Positions 47,514 to 56,935 of a DNA stretch of 64,000 nt are shown here, one piece after another (positions within the stretch are counted from its first letter, which is position 1; every line of letters starts with the position of its first letter). The stretch comes from Spirochaetia bacterium (GTDB lineage Bacteria > Spirochaetota > Spirochaetia > SZUA-6 > Bin103). The notes beneath the pieces are model-generated. The model did no database searches. It saw only the letters and a list, made by a program, of their open reading frames with translations, and was not told the origin of the DNA. The DNA is taken from positions 6,752,001-6,816,000 of the forward strand of contig CBDBDQ010000005.1 in assembly GCA_965203905.1 (NCBI GenBank). The letters are read 5' to 3'. A program made the translations under genes and the position numbers.

Positions 47514-48389
47514 ATGCAGTCGCCGCGTACGGCGCTTACTGAACTGATCACCGAGATCCGACGGCAGGAGGCCGCGGGGCACGCCTGGGAGCTGGCGCCG
47601 GGGGACCTGCAACGGATCCTGGACCTGACCCCGGAGCAGTATTACCGGGAGATGTATGCGGCACAGATGGCGGGCCATCCGCTGATCTCGCTGGACCTCG
47701 GCACCGAACGCTTTTCCCAGGACTCGGTGCTCCCGCTCGTCAGCCTGCTGGAGCATCTCTGCGGCGCCGAAGCGGAGCTGGCGCTGGAGCGGGCCGGCAT
47801 CTTCTTCTCCCACGACCAGCAGGCCGAGGTCACGGCCGAATTCCTGGGTGCGGCCGCTGCCACCGTGCGGGCACACGAGTTCCAGGACCAGGACTTCGCC
47901 GCCATGCTGCGCGTGTTCGGCAGCCTCGCCCGTGCCCGGCAGACATACCTCGACCACTACTTCGATCTGGACGAGGTGCGGCGCGGCGCGGCGCGGCGTT
48001 ACTGCGCAGCGCACGATTTCACCATCCCCGAGCTGGCGCTGCGCAACGCCGAAGGTGTCCTCCGCTACCTGTTCTCGAAACACGTATTGCGAGCCGATAG
48101 CATCTTCGGTTCACTGCACGACGCGTTTCTCGCGGCCGCGGTCAGTGCCGGCTTCGCGGACGAGCCGCCGCGCGGCGAGCGGCGCCCGCCTCCGTACGCT
48201 GTCGACGCGACCGCCGATCAGGCCCGACGGGCCATGGGTCTGGACTCGGAGCCGCTCACCCTGGAGCGGATCAAGGCCCGTTACAAACAACTGATGAAGC
48301 GCTTCCATCCCGACGTCAACCCGCGCGGCCTCCGGCGCTGCCAGGAGATCAACGTCGCCTACTCCACCCTGGTGGCCACGGTGCGGTAA
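47514..48389 (+). CDS. C-terminal J-domain protein with uncharacterised N-terminal domain
   Basis: IKARYKQLMKRFHPDVN..CQEINVAY (HPD motif). Confidence 0.8.
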   Translation: MQSPRTALTELITEIRRQEAAGHAWELAPGDLQRILDLTPEQYYREMYAAQMAGHPLISLDLGTERFSQDSVLPLVSLLEHLCGAEAELALERAGIFFSHDQQAEVTAEFLGAAAATVRAHEFQDQDFAAMLRVFGSLARARQTYLDHYFDLDEVRRGAARRYCAAHDFTIPELALRNAEGVLRYLFSKHVLRADSIFGSLHDAFLAAAVSAGFADEPPRGERRPPPYAVDATADQARRAMGLDSEPLTLERIKARYKQLMKRFHPDVNPRGLRRCQEINVAYSTLVATVR

Positions 48390-48399
48390 GGTTCAAACC

Positions 48400-49461
48400 A
48401 TGCCAACCAGTTATCGAGCTGCCGTGGTAGGGCTGACGGGGATCGGCATCCGGCGGTCCCCGGCGCAGTCAGGCGGGTTGCGCGGCATCATGCCCGGCTC
48501 GCATGCGGATGCGTACGTGAACCACCCGCGTACCGAGCTGGCGGCCGTGTGCGACCTGCGCCCCGAGGCCATCGACGAGTTCCGCCGGACCTGGTCCGAC
48601 CGTTGCCCGGACACCGCCGTCTACGACGACTTCGGCGAGCTGCTCGCGCGGGAACGGCCCGACATCGTCAGCATCGTCACCGGGGACCACGTGCACGCGG
48701 ACCTCACGGTGGCTGCCGCGGAGTCCGGCGCCCGGGCGGTGTTCTGCGAGAAGCCGATCGCCACCACGCTGGCCGACGCCGACCGCATGATCGACGCCTG
48801 CGAGCGTCACGGGGTCCTGCTCTCCGTCGATCACACCCGTCGCTGGAGGCCGCTGTTCACCGCCGCCCGGCGCCTGGTGGCGGACGGTGAGCTGGGGGCG
48901 GTACGTACCATGGCCGCCGAGCACTACGGCGAGCGCGCGATGATGTTCCGCAACGGCACGCACTTGGTTGATGGCCTGACCTTTTTCGCCGGCACAGAGC
49001 CGCGCTGGGTCACGGCGCTCCTGGAACGCGGCTTCGAGAGCTTCGACGTCTACCGCGGAGACGGCGGCCACGATCCTGACAGCGAGCCCGCCGCCTCGGC
49101 CCTGATCGCGTTCGACGGCGACATTCGCGCCACCTACACCGCGTACAAGACAGCGTTCGCCGCGACCATGCTGACCATCACCTGTGACCACGGCCGCGTG
49201 GAGTTGACCAACGATCACGGCGTGGTCCGCACCAGCGCAGCCGACCGCCGGCTCTCCGAGGTCGTGATCGAGCCCGGCCATTACGTGTACAGCAACCAGA
49301 TCGCCGCCATCGACGAGCTGGTCGCGGCCCTGGACGGCGGCGAGCACTCCCTGGTCTCCTCCGGAACCGACGCCCGCTGGACCCTGGAGATCCTGCTGGG
49401 AATCCTCGCCTCACAACAGGCCGGCCACCACCGCGTAGACCTCCCCCTGCCCCGCCGCTGA
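48400..49461 (+). CDS. Gfo/Idh/MocA family oxidoreductase
   Basis: VVGLTGIG, FCEKPIA, DHTRRW, NGTHLVD. Confidence 0.92.
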   Translation: MPTSYRAAVVGLTGIGIRRSPAQSGGLRGIMPGSHADAYVNHPRTELAAVCDLRPEAIDEFRRTWSDRCPDTAVYDDFGELLARERPDIVSIVTGDHVHADLTVAAAESGARAVFCEKPIATTLADADRMIDACERHGVLLSVDHTRRWRPLFTAARRLVADGELGAVRTMAAEHYGERAMMFRNGTHLVDGLTFFAGTEPRWVTALLERGFESFDVYRGDGGHDPDSEPAASALIAFDGDIRATYTAYKTAFAATMLTITCDHGRVELTNDHGVVRTSAADRRLSEVVIEPGHYVYSNQIAAIDELVAALDGGEHSLVSSGTDARWTLEILLGILASQQAGHHRVDLPLPRR

Positions 49462-49472
49462 GCCTCCCCGGC

Positions 49473-50747
49473 ATGGCTCCATCGTTCCGTATCGCGGCGC
49501 TCGTGACGACGTTCTTTCCCAACAGCCACGCGGGGGTCCTGGTGAGCAAGTTCCTCACCGGCTTCCCGACCGACGACGGCCTCGTGGCGCCGCGGACCCG
49601 CATCGCAGCGCTGTACCTCGACCAGATTCACCGGCATGACATCGGGCTGCAGCTCGCACACCGCTACGGTGTGCCGGTGTATGGCAGCATCCGCTCCGCG
49701 CTGACCCTGGGTGGCGACGAGCTGGCCGTGGACGGCGTGCTGCTGATCGGCGAGCACGGCGACTATCCGCGCACGGCCCTGGGTCAGGAGATGCTGCCGC
49801 GGAGCTGGTTCTTCGAGCAGGTCTCCGGTGTCATCGCGGAGCAGCGCCGGCCGCTGCCGGTGTTCGTCGACAAGCACCTGTCGTACCGGTGGAGCGACGC
49901 CCGCCGGATGTACGACACCGCGCGCGAGCTGGAAATGCCGCTCTGGGCCGGCTCGTCGCTCCCCGTGCACTGGCGCAGGCCCGACTACGACCATCCGCTG
50001 GGCTCACCGCTGGACGCGGCGCTCAGCACCGGCTTCCACATGCTGGAGCGGTACGGGTTCCACGCGCTGGAGGCGCTCCAGTGCCAGGTGGAGCGGCGCG
50101 CGGGAGGCGAAACCGGCGTACGCGCCGTGACCTGCCTGTCAGGCGACGCGGTGTGGCGCGCGGCCGACGCGGGCCGCTGGCCGACCGACCTCGCCGACGC
50201 CGCCCTCGGGGCGACCCGCCCCGGACCGGACCGGCTGGAGGCCGGGCGCGTCAGCGACCCGCACGTGTTTCTCGTGGACTACGCCGACGGGTTGCGCGCC
50301 GCGGCGCTGATGCTCGGCGACGACGGCTACGTCGAGCAGTTCGCCTACGCCGGCCGGCGCGCGGGGAGCATCGACGCGTTCGCGTTCCAACCTGACCCGG
50401 GCCCGAACAAGGCGCACTTCAGCTACTTCGGTCTCAACGTGGAGGACTTTCTTCTCTCCGGCACGCCGCCGAGCCCGGTGGAACGCACGCTGTTGACCAC
50501 CGGCATCCTGGAAGCGGCGATGATCTCGCACCATCGCGGCGGCGAACGCGTGGCCACGCCGCACCTGGACATCGTCTACGCGCCCGGTGCGCACGCCGTC
50601 CGCCGGCCCACCGCGCCGCACCCCAGCGCTGCCTCCGCAGCCCCGTTGCCGCTGCCGGAGCCGGGCGCCACTCCCGCCGCCGAGCCGATTCCGGTCGAAC
50701 GCGACGGCACGGTCAGGCGCTCGTCCGCGGTGCGGCCGAAGTCGTGA
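49473..50747 (+). CDS. Conserved protein, atypical Gfo/Idh/MocA-like Rossmann fold
   Basis: LAVDGVLLIGEHGDYP, VFVDKHLS, AGSSLP, YGFHALE, PVERTLLTTG. Confidence 0.7.
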   Translation: MAPSFRIAALVTTFFPNSHAGVLVSKFLTGFPTDDGLVAPRTRIAALYLDQIHRHDIGLQLAHRYGVPVYGSIRSALTLGGDELAVDGVLLIGEHGDYPRTALGQEMLPRSWFFEQVSGVIAEQRRPLPVFVDKHLSYRWSDARRMYDTARELEMPLWAGSSLPVHWRRPDYDHPLGSPLDAALSTGFHMLERYGFHALEALQCQVERRAGGETGVRAVTCLSGDAVWRAADAGRWPTDLADAALGATRPGPDRLEAGRVSDPHVFLVDYADGLRAAALMLGDDGYVEQFAYAGRRAGSIDAFAFQPDPGPNKAHFSYFGLNVEDFLLSGTPPSPVERTLLTTGILEAAMISHHRGGERVATPHLDIVYAPGAHAVRRPTAPHPSAASAAPLPLPEPGATPAAEPIPVERDGTVRRSSAVRPKS

Positions 50748-52438
50748 CGGATGGCGCCATGGCCGTGCGCCGCCAGGCGCGCATCCGTCGGCGGACCGGT
50801 TCCACCGCCTGGCTCCCGTTCATCATCGCTGCGGCCCTGCTCATCGCTGACGGCGCGGCGGGCGAGCCGGAGCCGCACCCGCCACGGCACGCCGGCGTCA
50901 GCGTAGAAACGACGCCACTGCGGCCGGCCGCCGCGTGCAGCGGCGACTTCGAGACGCATCGGCTGGAGCACACCACCCGGGTGTACGGCGGGGTGCCGCT
51001 GCTGTTCGACAGTCACGGCTCCGGCGTTGCGGCGGGCGACCTGGATCGCGACGGTGACGCGGACCTGGTGCTGGCCAACGTGGCAGGCGAGTCCTCACTG
51101 CTGTGGAACCTGGGCGGCCTCCGGTTCCGGCGCCAGGCGCTGGCCGCCGGGCCGACCCGGGCGGTGAATCTCGTCGATCTGGACGCCGACGGCTGGCTGG
51201 ACATCGTGTTCACCCGCCAGGGCTCGATCCCGGTGTGGTGGCGCAACTCCGGAGACGGCATGCACGGCGCAGCGTTCGAGAGGGCGGCGCCGCTGCTCAC
51301 CCCGAACCACGCCTACACCATGGCGTGGGCCGATCTGGACGGCGACGGAGACCTGGACCTGGTAACCGGATCGTACGACGCCGAGCTGATCGCGACCATG
51401 GGTACGGGCGGGCTCTACGGGGCCGGTGTCTACTACCACGAACGCCGCTTCGAGGACCTGCTGCCGACCCGACTCGCAACGCGCGCGGAGGCGCTGGCCA
51501 TCCTGCTGATCGACCTGGACGGCGACCGCCGGCTCGACATCCTCGTCGGCAACGACTTCGCCGAGCCTGACCGGATCTGGCTGCGGCGGGCGGACGGCTG
51601 GCAACTCAGCGAGCTGTTCTCCTCCATGAGCCTCAACACCATGAGTCTTGCCGCCGGCGACCTGGACAACGACGGCGTGGACGAGATCTTCTCCGCCGAC
51701 ATGAAGCCCTACACCGACGATCCGGGGATTCTGGAGTTCTACGGCCCGCTGCCCGAGCCGCGGACGGAGGCGGTGCAGGTGAGCGCCAATGCGCTGCTGG
51801 TGCGCCGCCACGACGGCTACGACAACCACGCGGCGGGGGCCGGCGTGGACGCCAGCGGCTGGAGCTGGGCGGCGCAGTTCGGCGACCTCGACAACGACGG
51901 CTTTCTCGATCTCTACGTGGTCAACGGAATGATGTCCGAAGAGCTGTTCGCGCACATTGCGGCATACGCGCTGGTGGAGGAGAACCAAGTGTACCGCAAC
52001 GACGGCAGCGGCGCATTCCAGCCGATGCCCGAGTGGCGCCTGGGCTCGATCGCCAGCGGCCGCGGCATGGTGATGGTAGACCTGGACGACGACGGCGACC
52101 TCGACATCGTGGTCAACAACCTGCTGGCGCAGGCGCAGTTGTTCGAGAACCGGCTGTGTCACGGGGGCGCCGCGATCCTGGTCACCGTGAACTGGCCGGG
52201 CGGAATCAACACCGGCGCCATCGGCAGCCGCCTGGTGCTGCACACCAGCGCCGGCGAGCTGCACCGCGAGGTTACGGCCAGCTCCGGCTACCTGTCCGGC
52301 AACGTCGCGGCGGTGCACTTCGGGTTCCCGCGCACGGCCAAGCTGCTGCGCCTGCAGATCGACTGGCCCGACGCCACGACATCCAATGTCGAACGCCCCC
52401 CGGCGGACACCCGGATCACCGTAACTCGCATACCATAA
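50744..52438 (+). CDS. CRTAC1/ASPIC-UnbV family FG-GAP repeat secreted protein (second copy)
   Basis: Signal peptide, seven DLDxDGxxD motifs, SGYLSG..VHFG..IDWPD. Confidence 0.88.
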   Translation: MTDGAMAVRRQARIRRRTGSTAWLPFIIAAALLIADGAAGEPEPHPPRHAGVSVETTPLRPAAACSGDFETHRLEHTTRVYGGVPLLFDSHGSGVAAGDLDRDGDADLVLANVAGESSLLWNLGGLRFRRQALAAGPTRAVNLVDLDADGWLDIVFTRQGSIPVWWRNSGDGMHGAAFERAAPLLTPNHAYTMAWADLDGDGDLDLVTGSYDAELIATMGTGGLYGAGVYYHERRFEDLLPTRLATRAEALAILLIDLDGDRRLDILVGNDFAEPDRIWLRRADGWQLSELFSSMSLNTMSLAAGDLDNDGVDEIFSADMKPYTDDPGILEFYGPLPEPRTEAVQVSANALLVRRHDGYDNHAAGAGVDASGWSWAAQFGDLDNDGFLDLYVVNGMMSEELFAHIAAYALVEENQVYRNDGSGAFQPMPEWRLGSIASGRGMVMVDLDDDGDLDIVVNNLLAQAQLFENRLCHGGAAILVTVNWPGGINTGAIGSRLVLHTSAGELHREVTASSGYLSGNVAAVHFGFPRTAKLLRLQIDWPDATTSNVERPPADTRITVTRIP

Positions 52439-52486
52439 TACACAAAACTTGAAACTTTCGTGTATTATGGATAAGAAGTTTTCAAG
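52433..52486. promoter_or_regulatory. AT-rich overlapping inverted repeats (operator/promoter) before AAA ATPase
   Basis: CCATAATACACAAAA..TTTCGTGTATTATGG (52433-52470) and CTTGAAACTT..AAGTTTTCAAG (52448-52486); TTGAAA resembles a -35 box. Confidence 0.6.
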
Positions 52487-52489
52487 ACC

Positions 52490-53758
52490 ATGCAGACTTC
52501 GAGGCTTCGCGATGTAGTCGAGACACAGCGGCGAGAGCTGCGCTCGCGTCTGGATGAGCGGTATGTGCAGCGCCGACTCGGCCTGCCAATCCGCGACGAC
52601 GGGCTGATCAAGGTCATCATCGGCCCCCGCCGCTGCGGGAAGTCGTTCCTGGCGATGCACCTGCTGGAACAGTTCGGATCTCGGGGCTATCTCAACTTCG
52701 ACGACGAGCGCCTGGTGGGAGTGGACGACTATGACCGGCTGGTCGCCGCGGTCAATTCAGTGTACGGCAGTCCGCGCTACCTGTTGCTGGACGAAATCCA
52801 GAACCTGCCACGGTGGGAACTGTTCGTGAATCGCCTCCAAAGACAGGGATTCCGGCTGATTCTGACCGGGAGCAACGCCCATCTGCTGAGCGGCGAGCTG
52901 GCTACTCATCTGACGGGACGGCATCTTCCCGTCGTCCTGTTTCCGTTCTCCTTCGCCGAAGCCCTGAGCGCAATCCCCGCCACCCGGACCGGCTCGGAGC
53001 TGGCGGAGGAGTTGCGCCGGTACGCTGCGGACGGCGGCTACCCGGAGCCGCTGCTGCGAGACATGGACCGCGGTCACTATCTGCGGACCCTGTGGGATTC
53101 GGTCCTCTACCAGGATATCGTGCGCCGGCGGCGCATTCGCTCGGTGGCGGGCATCGAGGATCTGGCCGGATACCTGCTCGCGAACGTTGCCCGTGAGTAC
53201 TCGCTGAGCCGTCTTACATCCGTTACGCGCTGCAAGAGCGTCCACACGGTGGCCAAGTACATCGGGTATCTCGAGGAGGCATTCCTGTTCTTCTCGCTGT
53301 CCCGCTTCTCCTTCAAGGCACGGGAACAGGCCACTGCCAACCGCAAGATCTACTGCATCGACAACGGAATGATCACTGCTCGCGGCGTATTGTTCAGTCC
53401 TGATACCGGCAGACTGGTCGAAAACCTGGTCGCCGTCGCGTTGCGGAAACGGGCGCTGGACGGCACCTGCGAGCTGTTCTTCTGGAAGGACGCTCAGCAG
53501 CGCGAAGTGGACTTCGTGATAAAGGAAGGGCGCAGTGTGACTCAGCTCATCCAGGTCTGCTGGGACCTCACGGCGGCGAACACGCGGGAACGCGAGATCC
53601 GCGCCCTGCTGCGGGCCGGGGAGGACCTTTCCTGCGACCGGCTGCTGGTGCTCACGGCCGACACCGACTCCGAGGAGGAGGTGGAGTGGTACGGCAGGAG
53701 AGGCCGCATCCGGCTGCTCCCGGTCTGGCGCTGGCTCAGCGACGAAGGGCTCGCGTAG
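52490..53758 (+). CDS. AAA_14 ATPase with DUF4143 domain
   Basis: GPRRCGKS, LLLDEIQ, LTGSN, LTGR, GGYPE, KIYCIDNG, LVENLV, EVDFV. Confidence 0.92.
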   Translation: MQTSRLRDVVETQRRELRSRLDERYVQRRLGLPIRDDGLIKVIIGPRRCGKSFLAMHLLEQFGSRGYLNFDDERLVGVDDYDRLVAAVNSVYGSPRYLLLDEIQNLPRWELFVNRLQRQGFRLILTGSNAHLLSGELATHLTGRHLPVVLFPFSFAEALSAIPATRTGSELAEELRRYAADGGYPEPLLRDMDRGHYLRTLWDSVLYQDIVRRRRIRSVAGIEDLAGYLLANVAREYSLSRLTSVTRCKSVHTVAKYIGYLEEAFLFFSLSRFSFKAREQATANRKIYCIDNGMITARGVLFSPDTGRLVENLVAVALRKRALDGTCELFFWKDAQQREVDFVIKEGRSVTQLIQVCWDLTAANTREREIRALLRAGEDLSCDRLLVLTADTDSEEEVEWYGRRGRIRLLPVWRWLSDEGLA

Positions 53759-53851
53759 CCTGGGATGGCGGGGATGGCGGCGGTTCCTTGCCAGCCCGCC
53801 GGGTCCATGCTATGGGTTGGCGATACACCGTTCACAGGAGGAGGCAGTCAC

Positions 53852-55864
53852 ATGGACGGCAGATGGTTATTCGGCACCGCGTGCGCGGTGCTGCTGCTCG
53901 GCATCCCGGCGCTCGGCTTCGCCGGAGCGGAGGAGGAGGCGGAGGACGAGGGCAGTGCCCCCGGCATGGCCATGGGCAAGTACAACGAGGCGCCGATGCT
54001 GGCGGAACTGGTGGCCGCGGGCGAGCTGCCGCCGGTCGACGAGCGGTTGCCGGACAACCCGTCGGTGCTGCAGCCGATCGAGGAGGTAGGCCGCTACGGC
54101 GGCACCCTGCGCGTGTTCGCGGTCGATCCCGGCCCGTGGAACGATCTCACCGAGTCGGTGGAGCGCGGCGGCGGACTGGCCAAGGTAGCGCCCGACGGCA
54201 GCATCGTGGGCGACCTCGCCCAGGGCTTCTCGACCTCGCCCGACCAGCGCACCTTCACCATCACCCTGCGCACCGGCACCAAGTGGTCGGATGGCGCCCC
54301 CTACACCGTCGACGACATCATCTTCATGTTCGAGGACCTGGTGTGGCACGAGAAGGTGAGCACCTGGAACGAGTACAAGTCGGTGACCCGGCTCACCAAG
54401 GTGGACGACCAGACCGTGCACCTGGAGAGCGACTCCCCGACCCCGGGCCTGGAGTTGAAGCTGATTACCTGGCAGGGCGGCGACTGGCTGCTGTACCAGC
54501 CCAAGCACTACCTGCAGAAGTGGCACATCGAGCACAACGCGGACGCCAATGCGCTGGCCAAGGAGGAGGGCTTCGACACCTGGGCCGAGGCGCTGCACGC
54601 CCACTTCTGGTGGACGCCGACGCTGGACAAGGACAAGCCCACGCTGCACGCGTGGCGCTTCGCGGAGTTGAGCCCGACCACCCGCATCTGGGAGCGCAAC
54701 CCCTACTACTGGAAGGTCGACACCGCCAACAACCAGCTTCCCTACGTCGACCGGGTGGTCTCCACCGTGGTGGAGAAGGACGTGTACACGCTCAAGATCA
54801 TCAGCGGCGAGGCGGACGTCGCCTTCGTCCGCACCAGCCTGGACGACTACGCGCTGTACAAGGAGAACGAGGACCAGGGCGGCTACCGGGTGGTGCTGAT
54901 CCCGGGCCTGAACGGCTCCGACATCGGCATCTCGCTCAACCTCAACCACCCCGAGCAGTGGCGCGCCGAGCTGTACCAGGACCTGCGCTTCCGCCAGGCC
55001 CTGTCGATGGCGATCAACCGCTCCGAGGTGAACGAGGCGGCCTTCTTCGGCCTCGCGGTTCCGCGCCAGACCACCACGCTGCCGCAGAACAGCTACTACC
55101 GGCCGGAGTGGGAGAACGTCGCCGCCAGTTACGATCCGGACGCCGCCAATGAGCTGCTGGACGAGATCGGCCTCACCGAGAAGGACCGTGCCGGGATCCG
55201 CATCGGGCCCGACGGCGAGCCGCTGCAGGTCGTGATCGAGTTTCCGACCCCGCGCATCAGCACCGAGGCGATGGAGCTGGTCAAGGAGTACTGGGAAGCG
55301 GTAGGCGTGAAGGTGTTGCTGAAGCCGGAGGCCAATTTCGGCCAGCGGCGCCAGCTCAACCAGCACGACGCGCGCGTGGACCGCGCCAACAACGAAGAGG
55401 TGACCGAATTCGCGATGGGGGCCGAGTACCACACCTGCTACCGCTCGCGCGGCATCGGCGAGACCGCGCAGTGGGTGCCCTGCGGCTCCAACCACGCCTG
55501 GGGCCACAACTGGGGCCGCTGGCTGGCGGCCGACGCGGCGATCAAGGCCGGCACCCACACCCTGGCCGACTTCGAGGGCGGCACGATGCCGGGCGAGGAA
55601 CCGCCCGAGGACGTGAAGATGCTCGACCAGTGGGGCCAGGAGTGGGTCAAGACCGAGTACGGCTCCCCCGAGTACGTGGAGCTGGCGCAGAAGATCTTCG
55701 ACTTCCAGGCCCGGAACCTGGTGATCATCGGCGTGGTGGGACTCAAGCCGGTGCCGCTCGTCGCCAAGCGCAACATCGGCAACATCCCCACCGGATTCAC
55801 CATGGGGATGGAGGGATCCACCGGGCTCAACGTCCACGGCGACCAGTTTTTCTTCAAGAATTGA
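53852..55864 (+). CDS. ABC transporter substrate-binding protein, family 5 (SBP 4)
   Basis: AGGAGG RBS, signal peptide ..GFAGAEEE, GKYNEAPMLA, KWSDGAP, RNPYYWKVD..NQLPYVD. Confidence 0.93.
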   Translation: MDGRWLFGTACAVLLLGIPALGFAGAEEEAEDEGSAPGMAMGKYNEAPMLAELVAAGELPPVDERLPDNPSVLQPIEEVGRYGGTLRVFAVDPGPWNDLTESVERGGGLAKVAPDGSIVGDLAQGFSTSPDQRTFTITLRTGTKWSDGAPYTVDDIIFMFEDLVWHEKVSTWNEYKSVTRLTKVDDQTVHLESDSPTPGLELKLITWQGGDWLLYQPKHYLQKWHIEHNADANALAKEEGFDTWAEALHAHFWWTPTLDKDKPTLHAWRFAELSPTTRIWERNPYYWKVDTANNQLPYVDRVVSTVVEKDVYTLKIISGEADVAFVRTSLDDYALYKENEDQGGYRVVLIPGLNGSDIGISLNLNHPEQWRAELYQDLRFRQALSMAINRSEVNEAAFFGLAVPRQTTTLPQNSYYRPEWENVAASYDPDAANELLDEIGLTEKDRAGIRIGPDGEPLQVVIEFPTPRISTEAMELVKEYWEAVGVKVLLKPEANFGQRRQLNQHDARVDRANNEEVTEFAMGAEYHTCYRSRGIGETAQWVPCGSNHAWGHNWGRWLAADAAIKAGTHTLADFEGGTMPGEEPPEDVKMLDQWGQEWVKTEYGSPEYVELAQKIFDFQARNLVIIGVVGLKPVPLVAKRNIGNIPTGFTMGMEGSTGLNVHGDQFFFKN

Positions 55865-55872
55865 CGTATCAG

Positions 55873-55911
55873 GCGGAGGAGTGAGCGGCGGCTCGCGGCT
55901 CACTCTTCCGC
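55873..55911. promoter_or_regulatory. Hairpin between binding-protein and permease genes
   Basis: GCGGAGGAGTGAGC..GCTCACTCTTCCGC, 14-bp stem with one G-U pair. Confidence 0.6.
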
Positions 55912-55945
55912 GTTCTCGAAACACCATGGACGCGGCGGGACACGC

Positions 55946-56935
55946 GTGATCGGCTACATCGGGCGCCGGCTGGGCTACATGGCGGTGCTGCTGGTCGCCA
56001 TCTCCATGGTCGCCTTCTTCGTGATCCAGCTCCCGCCGGGGGACTACCTGACGGTGGTGATGGCGAGCATGGCGGGCCAGGGCATGCACTTCACCGAGGA
56101 GCAGGTGCTGCTGCTGAAGGAGCGCTTCGGCCTCGACCTGCCGATGCATCGCCAGTACCTGCGCTGGGCCTGGAACCTGCTGCAGGGCGACCTGGGCCTG
56201 TCGTTCAGCTACGGCCGCCCGGTGATGGGGCTGGTGCTGGACCGCCTGCCGCTCACCATGCTGATCTCCCTGCTCACCATCCTGTTCGCCTATGCGGTGG
56301 CAATCCCCATCGGCATCTACTCCGCCACCCACCAGTACTCGCTGGGCGACTACGGCTTCACGGTGCTGGGCTTCGTGGGGCTGGCGACCCCCAACTTCCT
56401 GCTGGCGCTGCTCTTGATGTACGTGCTGCTCAAGCTGTTCGGCATCAGCGCCGGCGGCCTGTTCTCGCCCGAGTACGAGTTCGAGCCGTGGAGCGTGGCG
56501 CGGGTGGTCGACGCGCTGCTGCACCTGCCGCTGCCGGTGCTGGTGGCCGGCACCGCCGGCACCGCCGCGGTGGTACGGGTGATGCGCAGCACGCTGCTCG
56601 ACGAGCTCAAGAAGCAGTACGTGATCACCGCACGCGCCAAGGGCGTGGCCGAGCAGCGCCTGGTGATGAAGTACCCGGTGCGGGTGGCGCTCAACCCGAT
56701 CATCGCCACCGCCGGCTGGCTGCTGCCGGAGATCGTCTCCGGCTCCACCATCGTCGCCATCGTGCTGAGCCTGCCGACCGTGGCCCCGCTGCTGCTGCGC
56801 GCGCTCACCTCGCAGGACTCCTACCTGGCCGGAAGCATCATCATGGTGCTGGCCGCGCTCACCGTGATCGGCACCCTGGCCTCCGACCTGGTGCTGGCGG
56901 TGACCGATCCGCGCATCCGCTTCGAGCGCAAATGA
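55946..56935 (+). CDS. ABC permease (DppB/OppB-like)
   Basis: YIGRRL, LPPGDY, YVITARAKG, TDPRIRF. Confidence 0.93.
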   Translation: MIGYIGRRLGYMAVLLVAISMVAFFVIQLPPGDYLTVVMASMAGQGMHFTEEQVLLLKERFGLDLPMHRQYLRWAWNLLQGDLGLSFSYGRPVMGLVLDRLPLTMLISLLTILFAYAVAIPIGIYSATHQYSLGDYGFTVLGFVGLATPNFLLALLLMYVLLKLFGISAGGLFSPEYEFEPWSVARVVDALLHLPLPVLVAGTAGTAAVVRVMRSTLLDELKKQYVITARAKGVAEQRLVMKYPVRVALNPIIATAGWLLPEIVSGSTIVAIVLSLPTVAPLLLRALTSQDSYLAGSIIMVLAALTVIGTLASDLVLAVTDPRIRFERK

